Positions 10,147 to 19,521 of a DNA stretch of 64,000 nucleotides are shown in pieces (within the stretch, counting starts at the first letter, position 1; every line of letters starts with the position of its first letter). This DNA comes from Spirochaetota bacterium. Lineage in GTDB: Bacteria; Spirochaetota; UBA4802; JAFGDQ01. The translations under genes were made by a program, and so were the position numbers. The DNA lies in NCBI GenBank assembly GCA_043803405.1, contig JAZDKB010000004.1, positions 64,001-128,000 of the forward strand, read 5' to 3'. The notes under the pieces are model-generated. The model saw only the letters and a program-made list of their open reading frames with translations. It made no database searches and was not told where the DNA came from.

Positions 10147-10549
10147 AAAATTATCTCCTAATAAAAAAATAATTTTTAATTTCTGTATTATTATTAAAAG
10201 CGCCATTGATTTCAATTAAAAAAAATAAATTTTTCTGTAATATTATAATTATCTAATATAATTGCATTTTAATTAAGATATTAAATCTGCATTCCTTCGG
10301 TAATCGTAATCGGCAAATGCAGCAAGCGATATTGTACATATAAGAGAAGTTTTCGTACAGGAGAACGGGAGAGCTGCAACTGCTATCGCAGCAAGAAGTG
10401 CGGCGTGTTAAAATGCGCGTGCGGGAGCTGAGCACAGGCAAACGAAAACACGCCGACTTACAATTAGCAAAGGCGATCGGGAGGAGAATAGTACTTAGAA
10501 GCAAAAAGCGATCTGAAACAGATGTTAAAAACTTATTTTATAGATTTGC

Positions 10550-11083
10550 TCAATCCTTAAATTCTTTAACTACAGCTTCGTATTTTTCATGAATCATTTT
10601 TCTATCAAAATCCCAAAATTCAGCAAGCATAGCCTGATCTTCTTCATCTGAAAAATAAGTGCGCGATGCAGGGAAAAACACATCATCTTCTTTCTTTATG
10701 TGCTTTGGATAAAATTCTATAAGCATTTTTAAACATTCTGTTATTTCTAAAAGTGATCCTTTATCTCCATTCCGATAACGTGTGTTAGCCTCAACTAAAG
10801 CTTTTGTTGTTTTTCGGCCTAATAGATGATCTTTTATCAATTCACTCATCAGCTTATGATCTTTTTCAGATAAATTTTTATTTCGAAGATTTCTGAATAA
10901 AATATCTTCTTCTTTTCCATGGTGAGTCCGGTCAGCATAAATCCGAATGAAGTCAACAGCTGTATCTATAAAATATGGATCAACCGATTTTTCCTGTTCG
11001 GCAAGTTTTAATTTCTTTTGAATTACATTTATCATTTTTTCAATTAATCTATGTTCTATCATAAGCGGGCCACGTGCTTGCAT
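10550..11083 (-). CDS. Hemerythrin/HHE cation-binding domain protein
   Basis: LMIEHRLI, HHGKEEDILF, HIKKEDDVFFP; RBS AGGAGG. Confidence 0.88.
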   Translation of the reverse strand: MQARGPLMIEHRLIEKMINVIQKKLKLAEQEKSVDPYFIDTAVDFIRIYADRTHHGKEEDILFRNLRNKNLSEKDHKLMSELIKDHLLGRKTTKALVEANTRYRNGDKGSLLEITECLKMLIEFYPKHIKKEDDVFFPASRTYFSDEEDQAMLAEFWDFDRKMIHEKYEAVVKEFKD

Positions 11084-11270
11084 ACCTGATCCTCCTGATA
11101 TTAATTTTAAGATATTATTATTTTGTTTCCATATAACTATATAATAAAACTAAAATTTTCAATCAAAAAAAATAATAGATCAGTTATCGCATCACAATCA
11201 GGATATTAAGTCATATACAAGCCGCATTCGTGATAAGCAGGTGCCTCAGGCAAAACGGATGAAATAAAGT

Positions 11271-11289
11271 TGACGTTTTAAAAACGTCA
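11271..11289. promoter_or_regulatory. Perfect 9-1-9 palindrome overlapping a TTGACG -35-like hexamer; candidate operator
   Basis: TGACGTTTT-A-AAAACGTCA about 70 bp upstream of the thioesterase gene. Confidence 0.55.
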
Positions 11290-11361
11290 GGTTTTGATGA
11301 TCTCTGTCAAGCTTTAGCGCAGGATAACTATTTAATAAAACGATAAGGAAAGGTGCTTATT

Positions 11362-11835
11362 ATGAATGAAAAAGCCGTTCAGGATTATTACCGCGATGAA
11401 TATTCGCATTGTTTCGGATGCGGCAAACTCAATGTAGACGGTATGCAGATCAAGAGTCATTGGAACGGAGAAGAGAGCATCTGTCATGTTATGCCAAAGC
11501 CGTATTTCACGGGAGGCTTTCCTGGAAACTTATATGGCGGACTGATCGCCTCTCTGATTGATTGCCATAGCGCTGCTACTGCATCGGCAGCGAAGCTGTC
11601 CAAACAGGGGTTTACCCTTGAAAACCATCAGCTTTCCCGTTTTGTTACGGCATCATTGAAAGTCGATTACCTGAAACCGACGCCGATGGGAAAGGTGCTG
11701 GAATTACGGGGAACAATCAAGGAAATCAGAGAACGGAAAATTATCGTTAATGTTACGCTGTCAGCTGAAGGCGAAATCCGCGCGAAGGGAGAAGTGTTGC
11801 TCGTCCAGCTTCCGGAACAGGAAGGAACCATTTAA
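11362..11835 (+). CDS. PaaI-family hotdog thioesterase
   Basis: CFGCG..N..G, YGGLIASLIDCH, FVTASLKVDYLKPTP; ATG 11362 preferred over GTG 11353. Confidence 0.85.
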   Translation: MNEKAVQDYYRDEYSHCFGCGKLNVDGMQIKSHWNGEESICHVMPKPYFTGGFPGNLYGGLIASLIDCHSAATASAAKLSKQGFTLENHQLSRFVTASLKVDYLKPTPMGKVLELRGTIKEIRERKIIVNVTLSAEGEIRAKGEVLLVQLPEQEGTI

Positions 11836-11902
11836 TACCTGCCTGTTGATATTTTATCAGTATCAATCACATAATTTTTCTGTTACAAGAAATGGAGGCT
11901 GC

Positions 11903-13963
11903 ATGAATACATTGTTTTATCCCCGGAGTGTTATGGTTGTCGGTGTTTCCAACGATCCGGTAAATTTGGGAAGATCTATTGTCCAAAACCTTGACCGCTT
12001 CAAGTTTAGCGGTCCCGTCTATTGCGTAGGAAAAGATGGCGGATATCTGGGAGAGAGAAAAATTTATACATCCATCGAAGCTGTAGATGCAGTGCCTGAT
12101 CTGGCTGTTTTTCTCATCCCGGCACGTTATATTCCAGGTGCAATGGATGCATGCGGAAGAAAAGGAATCCGCTATGCTGTGATTGAAACTGCAGGATTTA
12201 CCGAATTTGCAGAAGAAGGCCGCAACCTTGAAGATCAGCTGCGCAATGCTGCAAAGCAGTGGAATATTCGCTTTGTCGGTCCTAACTGCATCAGTATTAT
12301 CAATCTGGAAAACGGTCTAGTCCTTCCCTTCGTTTCATTTTACCAGCCCGAAACAAAGCTGGGTCATATATCCCTCGCTTCCCAGAGCGGCGGAGTAGTA
12401 GTAGACAGTGTCCGGCTTCTGTCGCTGGAAAATCTCGGTTTTAATAAACTAATAAGTATGGGAAACAAGCTGGATCTGAACGAGAATAACTTTTTTGAAT
12501 ACCTGGTATCGGATCCCGGCACTCATATAATAGGATTATATCTGGAACATATTGTAGACGGACGACTGCTCATGAACATTGCATATCAAAGCAACAAGCC
12601 GATTATCATTTTGAAGTCAAACATTGCCGATTCAAGCAGGAATATCGCCATGTTTCACTCTACTGCGCTTGCCGGAGACAATACGGTAGCAGATTCGGCG
12701 TTCAGGCAGGCCGGGCTTTTCCGCGTGAATAATATGCGTGAGATGATGGATAATTTCAAAATTTTTTCTCTGCCGCCATTAAAGGGGCCACGGCTTGGGT
12801 TGCTCTGCCGTTCCGGCGGCCAGGGAGTAATGCTGGCAGATTCCGCCTACAGGCATGGATTCGCATTATCCCGGTTCTCCGATGACTTTTTCGCATTTGT
12901 AAAAAAAGAAGTTCGTGCCGGCGTCATTCGGCTTACCAATCCTTTGGATATGGGGGATGTTTTTAATCTTCAGACACACATAGAAATTATGAAAAAGGCT
13001 CTCCAGGAAAAGGACGTGGATGGACTGGTGTTCAGCCATGCTTATATTGGAGATTGGGAGGTTCAGGCTTCCGAAGATCTCATCCGTGCTGCCCGTGATC
13101 TCTCGCTCGCTTACCGGAAACCGGTTGTCATCACAGTTGTGCCAAAAAAACAGGAATGGTTTTCAATGAAAGAGGCCGTTGATTTCCCAGTCTTCAGTGA
13201 GGCGGATGACGCGATCCGCGCTCTCGGTAATTCCTTACATCATTTTACAAACCTGTCTCTCCCGGGCTGGTCCCGGAAAAGGATTCCTCTTTGTAATGCC
13301 GGTAAAGTGCCCGGAAACAATGATTCGCGTAAATCCTCACGGCTTCTGGGTCCGGGAGAATCATATAGGCTGCTTGCTTTAACCGGGCTGCCTGTTGCGG
13401 ATTATCGGGTTGTCAGAGACGTTAAGGAAGGCGTAAAGGCTGCGAGTGAGATTGGCTATCCGGTTGCGGTGAAGATCGCTGAGCCGAATGTTCTCCATAA
13501 GACCGAGGAACAGGGAGTGAAACTCAATATCGCTGATGCGGCAGAACTGGAACGGATAATCAATGATATGAACGGAGAAGAATTTCTTATCCAGAAAATG
13601 GCCGGTACTGGACTGGAAGTCATTATCGGCGGTAAACAGGATAATGAATTCGGACCGATAATTCTCTTCGGGCTTGGAGGTATTTTTGTTGAGGTAATGA
13701 AAGATGTGGCCATTCGCGTAGCTCCTGTTGAAGACTATGACGCCGAAAGCATGATCGCCGACACGCATGGCGCCCGCCTGCTGGAAGGCTTCAGAGGGCA
13801 GCCCCCGGCTGACAAAGCGGCCTTAAAGAAGTGCCTGATGACTATTTCCAGACTGCTGTATGATCATCTGGAGATTACGAACCTCGACATCAATCCTATG
13901 ATCGTCCATAATGACGGCATGGGATGTGTTATTGTAGACGCGAAGATCGAAGTGAGTGAATAA
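11903..13963 (+). CDS. ADP-forming acyl-CoA synthetase (acetate-CoA ligase family; CoA-binding + ATP-grasp)
   Basis: RBS GGAGG before ATG 11903; LFYPRSV.VVG, GPNC, SQSGG, phospho-His in FHSTALAG, HKTE, FGP.ILFGLGG, LDINP. Confidence 0.88.
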   Translation: MNTLFYPRSVMVVGVSNDPVNLGRSIVQNLDRFKFSGPVYCVGKDGGYLGERKIYTSIEAVDAVPDLAVFLIPARYIPGAMDACGRKGIRYAVIETAGFTEFAEEGRNLEDQLRNAAKQWNIRFVGPNCISIINLENGLVLPFVSFYQPETKLGHISLASQSGGVVVDSVRLLSLENLGFNKLISMGNKLDLNENNFFEYLVSDPGTHIIGLYLEHIVDGRLLMNIAYQSNKPIIILKSNIADSSRNIAMFHSTALAGDNTVADSAFRQAGLFRVNNMREMMDNFKIFSLPPLKGPRLGLLCRSGGQGVMLADSAYRHGFALSRFSDDFFAFVKKEVRAGVIRLTNPLDMGDVFNLQTHIEIMKKALQEKDVDGLVFSHAYIGDWEVQASEDLIRAARDLSLAYRKPVVITVVPKKQEWFSMKEAVDFPVFSEADDAIRALGNSLHHFTNLSLPGWSRKRIPLCNAGKVPGNNDSRKSSRLLGPGESYRLLALTGLPVADYRVVRDVKEGVKAASEIGYPVAVKIAEPNVLHKTEEQGVKLNIADAAELERIINDMNGEEFLIQKMAGTGLEVIIGGKQDNEFGPIILFGLGGIFVEVMKDVAIRVAPVEDYDAESMIADTHGARLLEGFRGQPPADKAALKKCLMTISRLLYDHLEITNLDINPMIVHNDGMGCVIVDAKIEVSE

Positions 13964-14024
13964 TCATTTCTTAACAAATGTGATAATTTAAAGATCAATA
14001 GCTGTTTACGTAATGATTAGTGTT

Positions 14025-14109
14025 GTATAATTCCGAACGGATGAGAGAAATCTCCTGATTAAATGTAAAAATATATTTCCCAGTCGCTATCGCTTCTTCG
14101 AAATGACAA
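14025..14109. repeat. Degenerate inverted pair of REP-like elements between convergent genes
   Basis: Minus strand TTGTCATTTCGAAGAAGCGATAGCGACTGGGAAAT and plus strand ..ATTCCGAACGGATGAGAGAAATCT resemble the widespread TGTCATTNCGAG...GAAATCT REP type. Confidence 0.5.
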
Positions 14110-14182
14110 TTCAATATATTCAATCGTAAAATGCTATAGTCGCATATTTAACGCAAACCTGGGCTTATATAATGAAGAAAAT

Positions 14183-14950
14183 TCAGGGTACAGACGCTTC
14201 ATTTATTATAATATATATTGCCTTTAATAAGTGCGCGCTTTGCGCAAGCTGTAAATAGGCCTCTTCTTCCGTTAACCTGGTTTTATGTTCCTCTTGCATA
14301 GCATAGCCAATCTTTGAAGCTTGATTTGCAATATTTGAAATATGTATTGCTATTTCTTTATAGAATTTATTGATATTTGCAGACAACCGGATAGTGGGAA
14401 TTTTACTCATCCTTTTACGTATCTCTTCCGTAATCCTTAAAACCTTTGAATCAATCGTTTCATCCTTTGGGCCTGCATTTTCGACAATACCATCGTTGGT
14501 GCTATGATTTTCTTTATTAAAGTTATTATATTCAATGTTGTGAAAAGGCATTGATAGGTCCCCGATATAATGCGAGGCAAAACCAAGTGAATAGAGAGCG
14601 TACTTGCTTCCTGATCCCTTTATAATATAATTATTTATTGATGCTATTATTGCACCATAAAGATGCCCATTCGTGTCACCCGCTTTGTTATAATCATTAA
14701 ACTGGGCAAGTACTATATCTGGAGTAATCTTGTCTCCCTTTGGAGTATTGTTGTAATGATTTCCCGATTCTATTTCTCCGGCTTTTTCTTTTGCCATGTC
14801 GGCGCCTACTGCAAGGTAGGCATAATTACCAAGTCCGGCTGCTTTTGCAATTGCCATGTGTGTGGCGTCGTGCCAGGCCATTACTTGACTTGAGCAAAGA
14901 AGTAAAGCGAATACAACTGCTATGTAATTAAATAAAGATAAAAGTCTCAT
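14183..14950 (-). CDS. Secreted S1/P1 nuclease / zinc phospholipase C-fold protein
   Basis: Signal peptide followed by mature N-terminal W-H..TH; HY.N; HYIGDLSMPFH; H...D zinc ligands. Confidence 0.75.
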   Translation of the reverse strand: MRLLSLFNYIAVVFALLLCSSQVMAWHDATHMAIAKAAGLGNYAYLAVGADMAKEKAGEIESGNHYNNTPKGDKITPDIVLAQFNDYNKAGDTNGHLYGAIIASINNYIIKGSGSKYALYSLGFASHYIGDLSMPFHNIEYNNFNKENHSTNDGIVENAGPKDETIDSKVLRITEEIRKRMSKIPTIRLSANINKFYKEIAIHISNIANQASKIGYAMQEEHKTRLTEEEAYLQLAQSAHLLKAIYIIINEASVP

Positions 14951-15089
14951 AAGCACCTCTTGCTCCGGTTGAATTTATAGTCAGTTTTCAAAATATTTAT
15001 ATAAAGCAATAAGCCGATTAGCGATTATAAAACCAGCTATATAATAATATTGTTTCCCAATAGATATAAAGTATTAATGTTATTTTCAA

Positions 15090-16715
15090 TTAAAAAAATA
15101 AGGACGCATATATTCCAAATTTAGGATATAAACTGCTGTCCTCATAACTCTTATTAAGAGTCGTGCTCCGGGCTTTGTGATATTCCAGCGCTGTAAAAAA
15201 ACCGAAGTTATATTTGTTTTTATAAGTGTAGATCAGATAAACAGCGTTTGTATGGGAATCGCTCCGGTATTTGAACAATTGATCTTTTGCTGAATCAATG
15301 CCGGGAACTCCTGTAATGTCATTTCCAACTTCATATCCGTTGTACGAGTTTTTAAACTTTATTCTTCTGTAAATATAGCTATATCGTATATTTATATTTT
15401 CAAGATATATGGTTTCTAAGTTAAACCTTAGTATCCCTATCTGGGTATTTATTTTTATTTTTGGTACTGTATTTGCGTTATTTTCAGAATCATCAGTTGA
15501 ATCATTGTATTTATTACCCATAAAAGAAAAAGGATCAAATTGTAATTCGATTTTTAAAAAATGGTTCTGATAACTGGCGCCAAAACGATATGAGGGTGCG
15601 AAACCATAGTAACCGTTATTTTTGCTTCCATCCCGGATCCCCATGTTTAAACTGTCATAATACCATTGCAATGTGCATCTGCCATAATCTAATCCTGTTT
15701 CAAATGATATGCTGGGATTTAAACCATCATCCGGTGTTTTAAGGTCTCCTGATTTCCATTTGTATTTTTCCCATGGGACCAGGAACATATTAGGATCGAT
15801 CATGATGCCCAGGTGGAAATAATCGACCTTAAATCTATAGTAAATCTGTGTCTGGGTTTCTTCGTGGACAGAGTAGGGCATTGGGGCGCTCCCTGTGAGA
15901 AATATATGCTGGTAACCGAATATACCCGATGAGTACTCATTCTGCAAAATAGGTGTAAGATTGTTATTCCTGGAATTGGATGAGCCATATCTTGATCCGT
16001 ACGAAAACCAGTATCCGAGTGAAGTATAGTTTTTATATATCTGGGGTACGGCATAGAATTGCTGATATGTGTTATACTTATCAATACGCTCCCTGCCTGC
16101 TTTAATCCTGTCCAGTTCGATCTTGATCTGCACTGAATCATTCAGCATTTGCTGAGGAAAAACTTTTATTGTTTTTGCTTTACCTTTTTGAGTTTCTAAA
16201 TCAATAACCGGGCATAATCTGAAAGGATATGGATGCACGAATTCATAATTAATATTGCCATTATTATTAAAATTAATTTCCTTGCTGATTTTTTTAATTT
16301 TTATTTTCCAGATATTTTCTTTTGAGATTAAAACCTCGTGTCCGTCCAGGGTCAAAAAGGAAATATCGTTTTCGGAATAATCGATCGGCCAGCCTTCAAT
16401 AAGATTAACAATTTTATTATTCTGGACTGTGTCGATCTGGACTATATCTTCAAGTTCGTTTTTCTGAATCTGTATATAGGGAAAACTGTCTATTGAATAA
16501 GAGGTAAAATAAATTATTTCATACCTGGGGATCTCTTTAAATTTACCCTCCAGGGTTAAGAGTGTAATCTTTGATTTTTCTACTTTTAAAATGACTCCAA
16601 GTTCTCTTTCACAGGAAGAAACATAAAGTCCCTGTATATTTATAGCATATAGCGCTTCCGGAATAAATATTAATAGAAATATTAATATTATATATTTTTT
16701 AAAAAATAAGTTCAA
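15090..16715 (-). CDS. Uncharacterised outer-membrane protein (paralog B; start moved to TTG 16715)
   Basis: MNLFFKKYIILIFLLIFIPEALYA signal peptide, parallel to its paralog; amphipathic beta-strands; C-terminal FGIYASLFF. Confidence 0.6.
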   Translation of the reverse strand: MNLFFKKYIILIFLLIFIPEALYAINIQGLYVSSCERELGVILKVEKSKITLLTLEGKFKEIPRYEIIYFTSYSIDSFPYIQIQKNELEDIVQIDTVQNNKIVNLIEGWPIDYSENDISFLTLDGHEVLISKENIWKIKIKKISKEINFNNNGNINYEFVHPYPFRLCPVIDLETQKGKAKTIKVFPQQMLNDSVQIKIELDRIKAGRERIDKYNTYQQFYAVPQIYKNYTSLGYWFSYGSRYGSSNSRNNNLTPILQNEYSSGIFGYQHIFLTGSAPMPYSVHEETQTQIYYRFKVDYFHLGIMIDPNMFLVPWEKYKWKSGDLKTPDDGLNPSISFETGLDYGRCTLQWYYDSLNMGIRDGSKNNGYYGFAPSYRFGASYQNHFLKIELQFDPFSFMGNKYNDSTDDSENNANTVPKIKINTQIGILRFNLETIYLENINIRYSYIYRRIKFKNSYNGYEVGNDITGVPGIDSAKDQLFKYRSDSHTNAVYLIYTYKNKYNFGFFTALEYHKARSTTLNKSYEDSSLYPKFGIYASLFF

Positions 16716-18345
16716 AAGCGCCACCGTATTCACATTTTTGTAATATTTTATTATCTTTATGATCAAAAAAATTATAATTATAAATATTATAGTAATAATT
16801 GAAGGTTGCTTTGATCGCCACATAATCGCTGAATCGGTTATGTAAATAGACTCCGGCATTATAATGCTGAAATTTTATATTATTTTTGTATTGTGGATAA
16901 ATCTGGCTGCTACCTGTCAAATCAAGGGCTTGAAAGGTCTCGCTGTATTTCCCGGACAGTATAATTCCATCAAGTCCAAGTTTTAACTCATTTGTTAAGC
17001 TGTAAATCAGTCCTGCTCTGAAATAGAATGAATTCAAACTGTATTTTTTTAAAGGGGTTGAATCATCATCCTCATATTCGGAATAGCCATTGACCTGTTT
17101 ATTATCTCCGGCATATCGTACAAAAACATTTTTCTTAATATCTCCGTTGCTGTCATTATAATCAGATATAGAAAAAATAGCCTTTATTTTCAGGTCTCCT
17201 TTATAGTAAATAAATCTTACAGTCGGGGATGTCTTTGGGGAAACGATTTCTCTTACATGGTTATTAACGTTCAAAGCATATATGGGATAGAACATGCCTA
17301 GAGAAGCGGAATATGGACCGTAATCAATTCCTAATAAAAGCATGTAATTATAATTAATCTCAACATAGGGGTTGTAGGAATATAATAGACTATTTGAATA
17401 ATCCAGATTATTCTTATCCTGTGTATAAAACCTGGTTCCTGCTGGCAGAGAACCGAGATTCATGTTCCCTATAAAAAGAGTATTGAAGAAATGAGTCTTA
17501 ACATCAGACTGCAGTATATTCGTATCAAAAAGTTCAGGAAGCCACTCTGAATCTGTTGTACCAACGGTTGTTTTACTCTGAAAACCATAGGCTTTGCCTG
17601 TAGACCATTGCATATACAGATCACCATTATTACTTTCTTTAAATCCGGCTTTCCGAAATAGTAAATTGCTTCCGAGTTTAAAATCCTGATCAAATATTAA
17701 AGGTTTTGCGTATAGATAGGTTCTTTCCTGGTAGCTGTATATTTTTATCAAATTATCCCGGGTTTTAATTAAATATTTACTAATATTTATTTTACCTTTA
17801 AATACCCTTGTAGGGTAAATAGTCAGTCCAGAAATGATTTTGCCTGTTCCCTGTGTGTTCTCATTCTCAGTATTTAAGATTACTTTTTTATAATTTGAAA
17901 GCTGCATACTGTCATTTTTTTTAAAATCATATTTTCTGAGTTTAACTATGTCTGTGAGTTTATGAACATGAATCTTGCCGCTTAGATCAAAAAATATAAC
18001 CATTTCATCTATCATTTGTATAGGAAAACCGGTAAAGGAGGGCGTGTCATTATCGAGTAGATATACATCCCGCAAATATTCCGCAATCTGTGAATTCAGA
18101 TCAATTTTTTCTATTGGATTCAAAACTATATTGTATATATATAAAACTTTTATACTTTCTTTATCTATTTTATTAACTTTGCCTTCCAGTGTCAGCACGC
18201 TTAAAGATGTTTCGTCAACACCTAATATAAATCCGGAATAATTCCGTTCTTTATTATCAGTAAAATTATAAATTTCAAATGCTGCGGCATTTATTTGAAA
18301 AATTATAATAATCAGAACTGATATTAGTATTTTAATAAGATTCAT
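16699..18345 (-). CDS. Uncharacterised outer-membrane protein (paralog A)
   Basis: Signal peptide; aromatic beta-strand-rich C-terminal half; C-terminal YGGAFELIF. Confidence 0.65.
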   Translation of the reverse strand: MNLIKILISVLIIIIFQINAAAFEIYNFTDNKERNYSGFILGVDETSLSVLTLEGKVNKIDKESIKVLYIYNIVLNPIEKIDLNSQIAEYLRDVYLLDNDTPSFTGFPIQMIDEMVIFFDLSGKIHVHKLTDIVKLRKYDFKKNDSMQLSNYKKVILNTENENTQGTGKIISGLTIYPTRVFKGKINISKYLIKTRDNLIKIYSYQERTYLYAKPLIFDQDFKLGSNLLFRKAGFKESNNGDLYMQWSTGKAYGFQSKTTVGTTDSEWLPELFDTNILQSDVKTHFFNTLFIGNMNLGSLPAGTRFYTQDKNNLDYSNSLLYSYNPYVEINYNYMLLLGIDYGPYSASLGMFYPIYALNVNNHVREIVSPKTSPTVRFIYYKGDLKIKAIFSISDYNDSNGDIKKNVFVRYAGDNKQVNGYSEYEDDDSTPLKKYSLNSFYFRAGLIYSLTNELKLGLDGIILSGKYSETFQALDLTGSSQIYPQYKNNIKFQHYNAGVYLHNRFSDYVAIKATFNYYYNIYNYNFFDHKDNKILQKCEYGGAFELIF

Positions 18346-18432
18346 TTTTTTTATTTGCTACGAGGAAAGTCAGATTTCTTAAAAATTGAACACTCAATGC
18401 CGGGCAATTAATCCGATTATTAAAACAGGCTG

Positions 18433-19092
18433 CTAAAAGTAGCTCGCTGCCAAAGCAATAAAAAATTGTCCGCTGTAATAGAAGATTAAACTTAAATGAT
18501 TATATTTCCATGGTTTCCAGAACTTATTCGCAGCAAGAATCATGTCCGAAATATAAAAAAGTAATGCGCCGGCGATAATCATTAATGCCTGTTCATTATT
18601 AAAAGAAGGACTGCTGCTTGTCGAGAAAGCCCGGCTTACCATAATGGAGATTATTGCTATATACCCGATAACCGGAAGCTTAGTAGCTTCAAGCCTGGAA
18701 CGGATAAGCACATAAAAAGAAATGCCTGTAGTTAAGAGAATTATTGCGGGCAGGGTATCCCATAAAGAGAAACGTCCAAGCAACATAAAGACAATCGTAT
18801 AAATTATATGTGCTGTAAAAAACAAACTCAATCCTGTAATAAAGGACTTTTTCCCATCAAACATTAAAGCTATATCACCGCCAATGGAAAATAGAAGTCC
18901 AAGTAATATACCGAATGTGTAAAGCAGGTTCTGTGTTGGCTCTAGAAAAGATAATAGCGCCGCACAGATCACAATTAACGTAGAAAGCGGTTTAAAAAAA
19001 TATATTTGTTGCTGATTGTTATTAAATCTGGCCCGTATTAAAATAAAAACTGTAATAACCAATACCGGAACCAGGTATAATGAACTTTTCAC
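18433..19092 (-). CDS. YhhN family lysoplasmalogenase
   Basis: FKP, GL.FS..GDI.L, GL..FF.AHI.Y, GALLFYISD..LA..KF, YY.GQ. Confidence 0.88.
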   Translation of the reverse strand: MKSSLYLVPVLVITVFILIRARFNNNQQQIYFFKPLSTLIVICAALLSFLEPTQNLLYTFGILLGLLFSIGGDIALMFDGKKSFITGLSLFFTAHIIYTIVFMLLGRFSLWDTLPAIILLTTGISFYVLIRSRLEATKLPVIGYIAIISIMVSRAFSTSSSPSFNNEQALMIIAGALLFYISDMILAANKFWKPWKYNHLSLIFYYSGQFFIALAASYF

Positions 19093-19241
19093 CGAAAGCC
19101 CCCGATAGTTATCATTATATTAATTTTTATATCTGCCGATTTTTTAAGCTTGTAAGACTGCCGTTTCAGTGAGGCAGCGTGTTGGCTTATCCATGATTTA
19201 ATAATATTAATTTGATAGTCAAGCTGTAATTATTAGTTTTT

Positions 19242-19385
19242 TCATCCTTTCTTTCTTTTTTTCAGGTTCTCATCCTGAGAACATTTCCTGCTTATTCAGG
19301 TAGAAACTCCAAGTTTCGGTAATAGCCATCTGTTTAGAATAAACCACCCGATTATAATAAGAATTAAGATATATTCCGGTTTCAT
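19242..19385 (-). CDS. Putative 47-aa single-TM selenoprotein (UGA at codon 30); not in ORF track
   Basis: RBS AAGGAGA; MKPEYILILIIIGWFILNRWLLPKLGVST-U-ISRKCSQDENLKKRKKG; UGA at 19298-19296 followed by a perfect 7-bp hairpin. Confidence 0.7.
19266..19282 (-). promoter_or_regulatory. Bacterial SECIS-like hairpin of the microprotein
   Basis: GUUCUCA-GGA-UGAGAAC with the apical loop about 20 nt 3' of UGA. Confidence 0.65.
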
Positions 19386-19521
19386 GATATTTTAAATCTC
19401 CTTTTATTATTTTTATCTGACAAACCAAAGCTGGGGGAGAAACCGGCGCGATAGCACCGAAAATATCCTCCCCATCATTTATAATTTTTTTTCTGGAATA
19501 TGAATTAAGTAATATATAAAT

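Noticed and set aside
11236..11265. AGCAGGTGCCTCAGGCAAAACGGA resembling part of a cobalamin or glycine riboswitch
   Set aside because: The remaining conserved elements (B12 box, or the GGAGA/CCGAAG core) are absent.
11750..11902. N-terminal extensions in the ORF track (also 16716-16859, 37336-37389, 10147-10215)
   Set aside because: The first three overlap neighbouring genes, and all have better downstream starts with an RBS or signal peptide.
19233..19244. Second UGA of the microprotein as a second Sec
   Set aside because: It is followed after two codons by TAA with no hairpin; treated as the stop.
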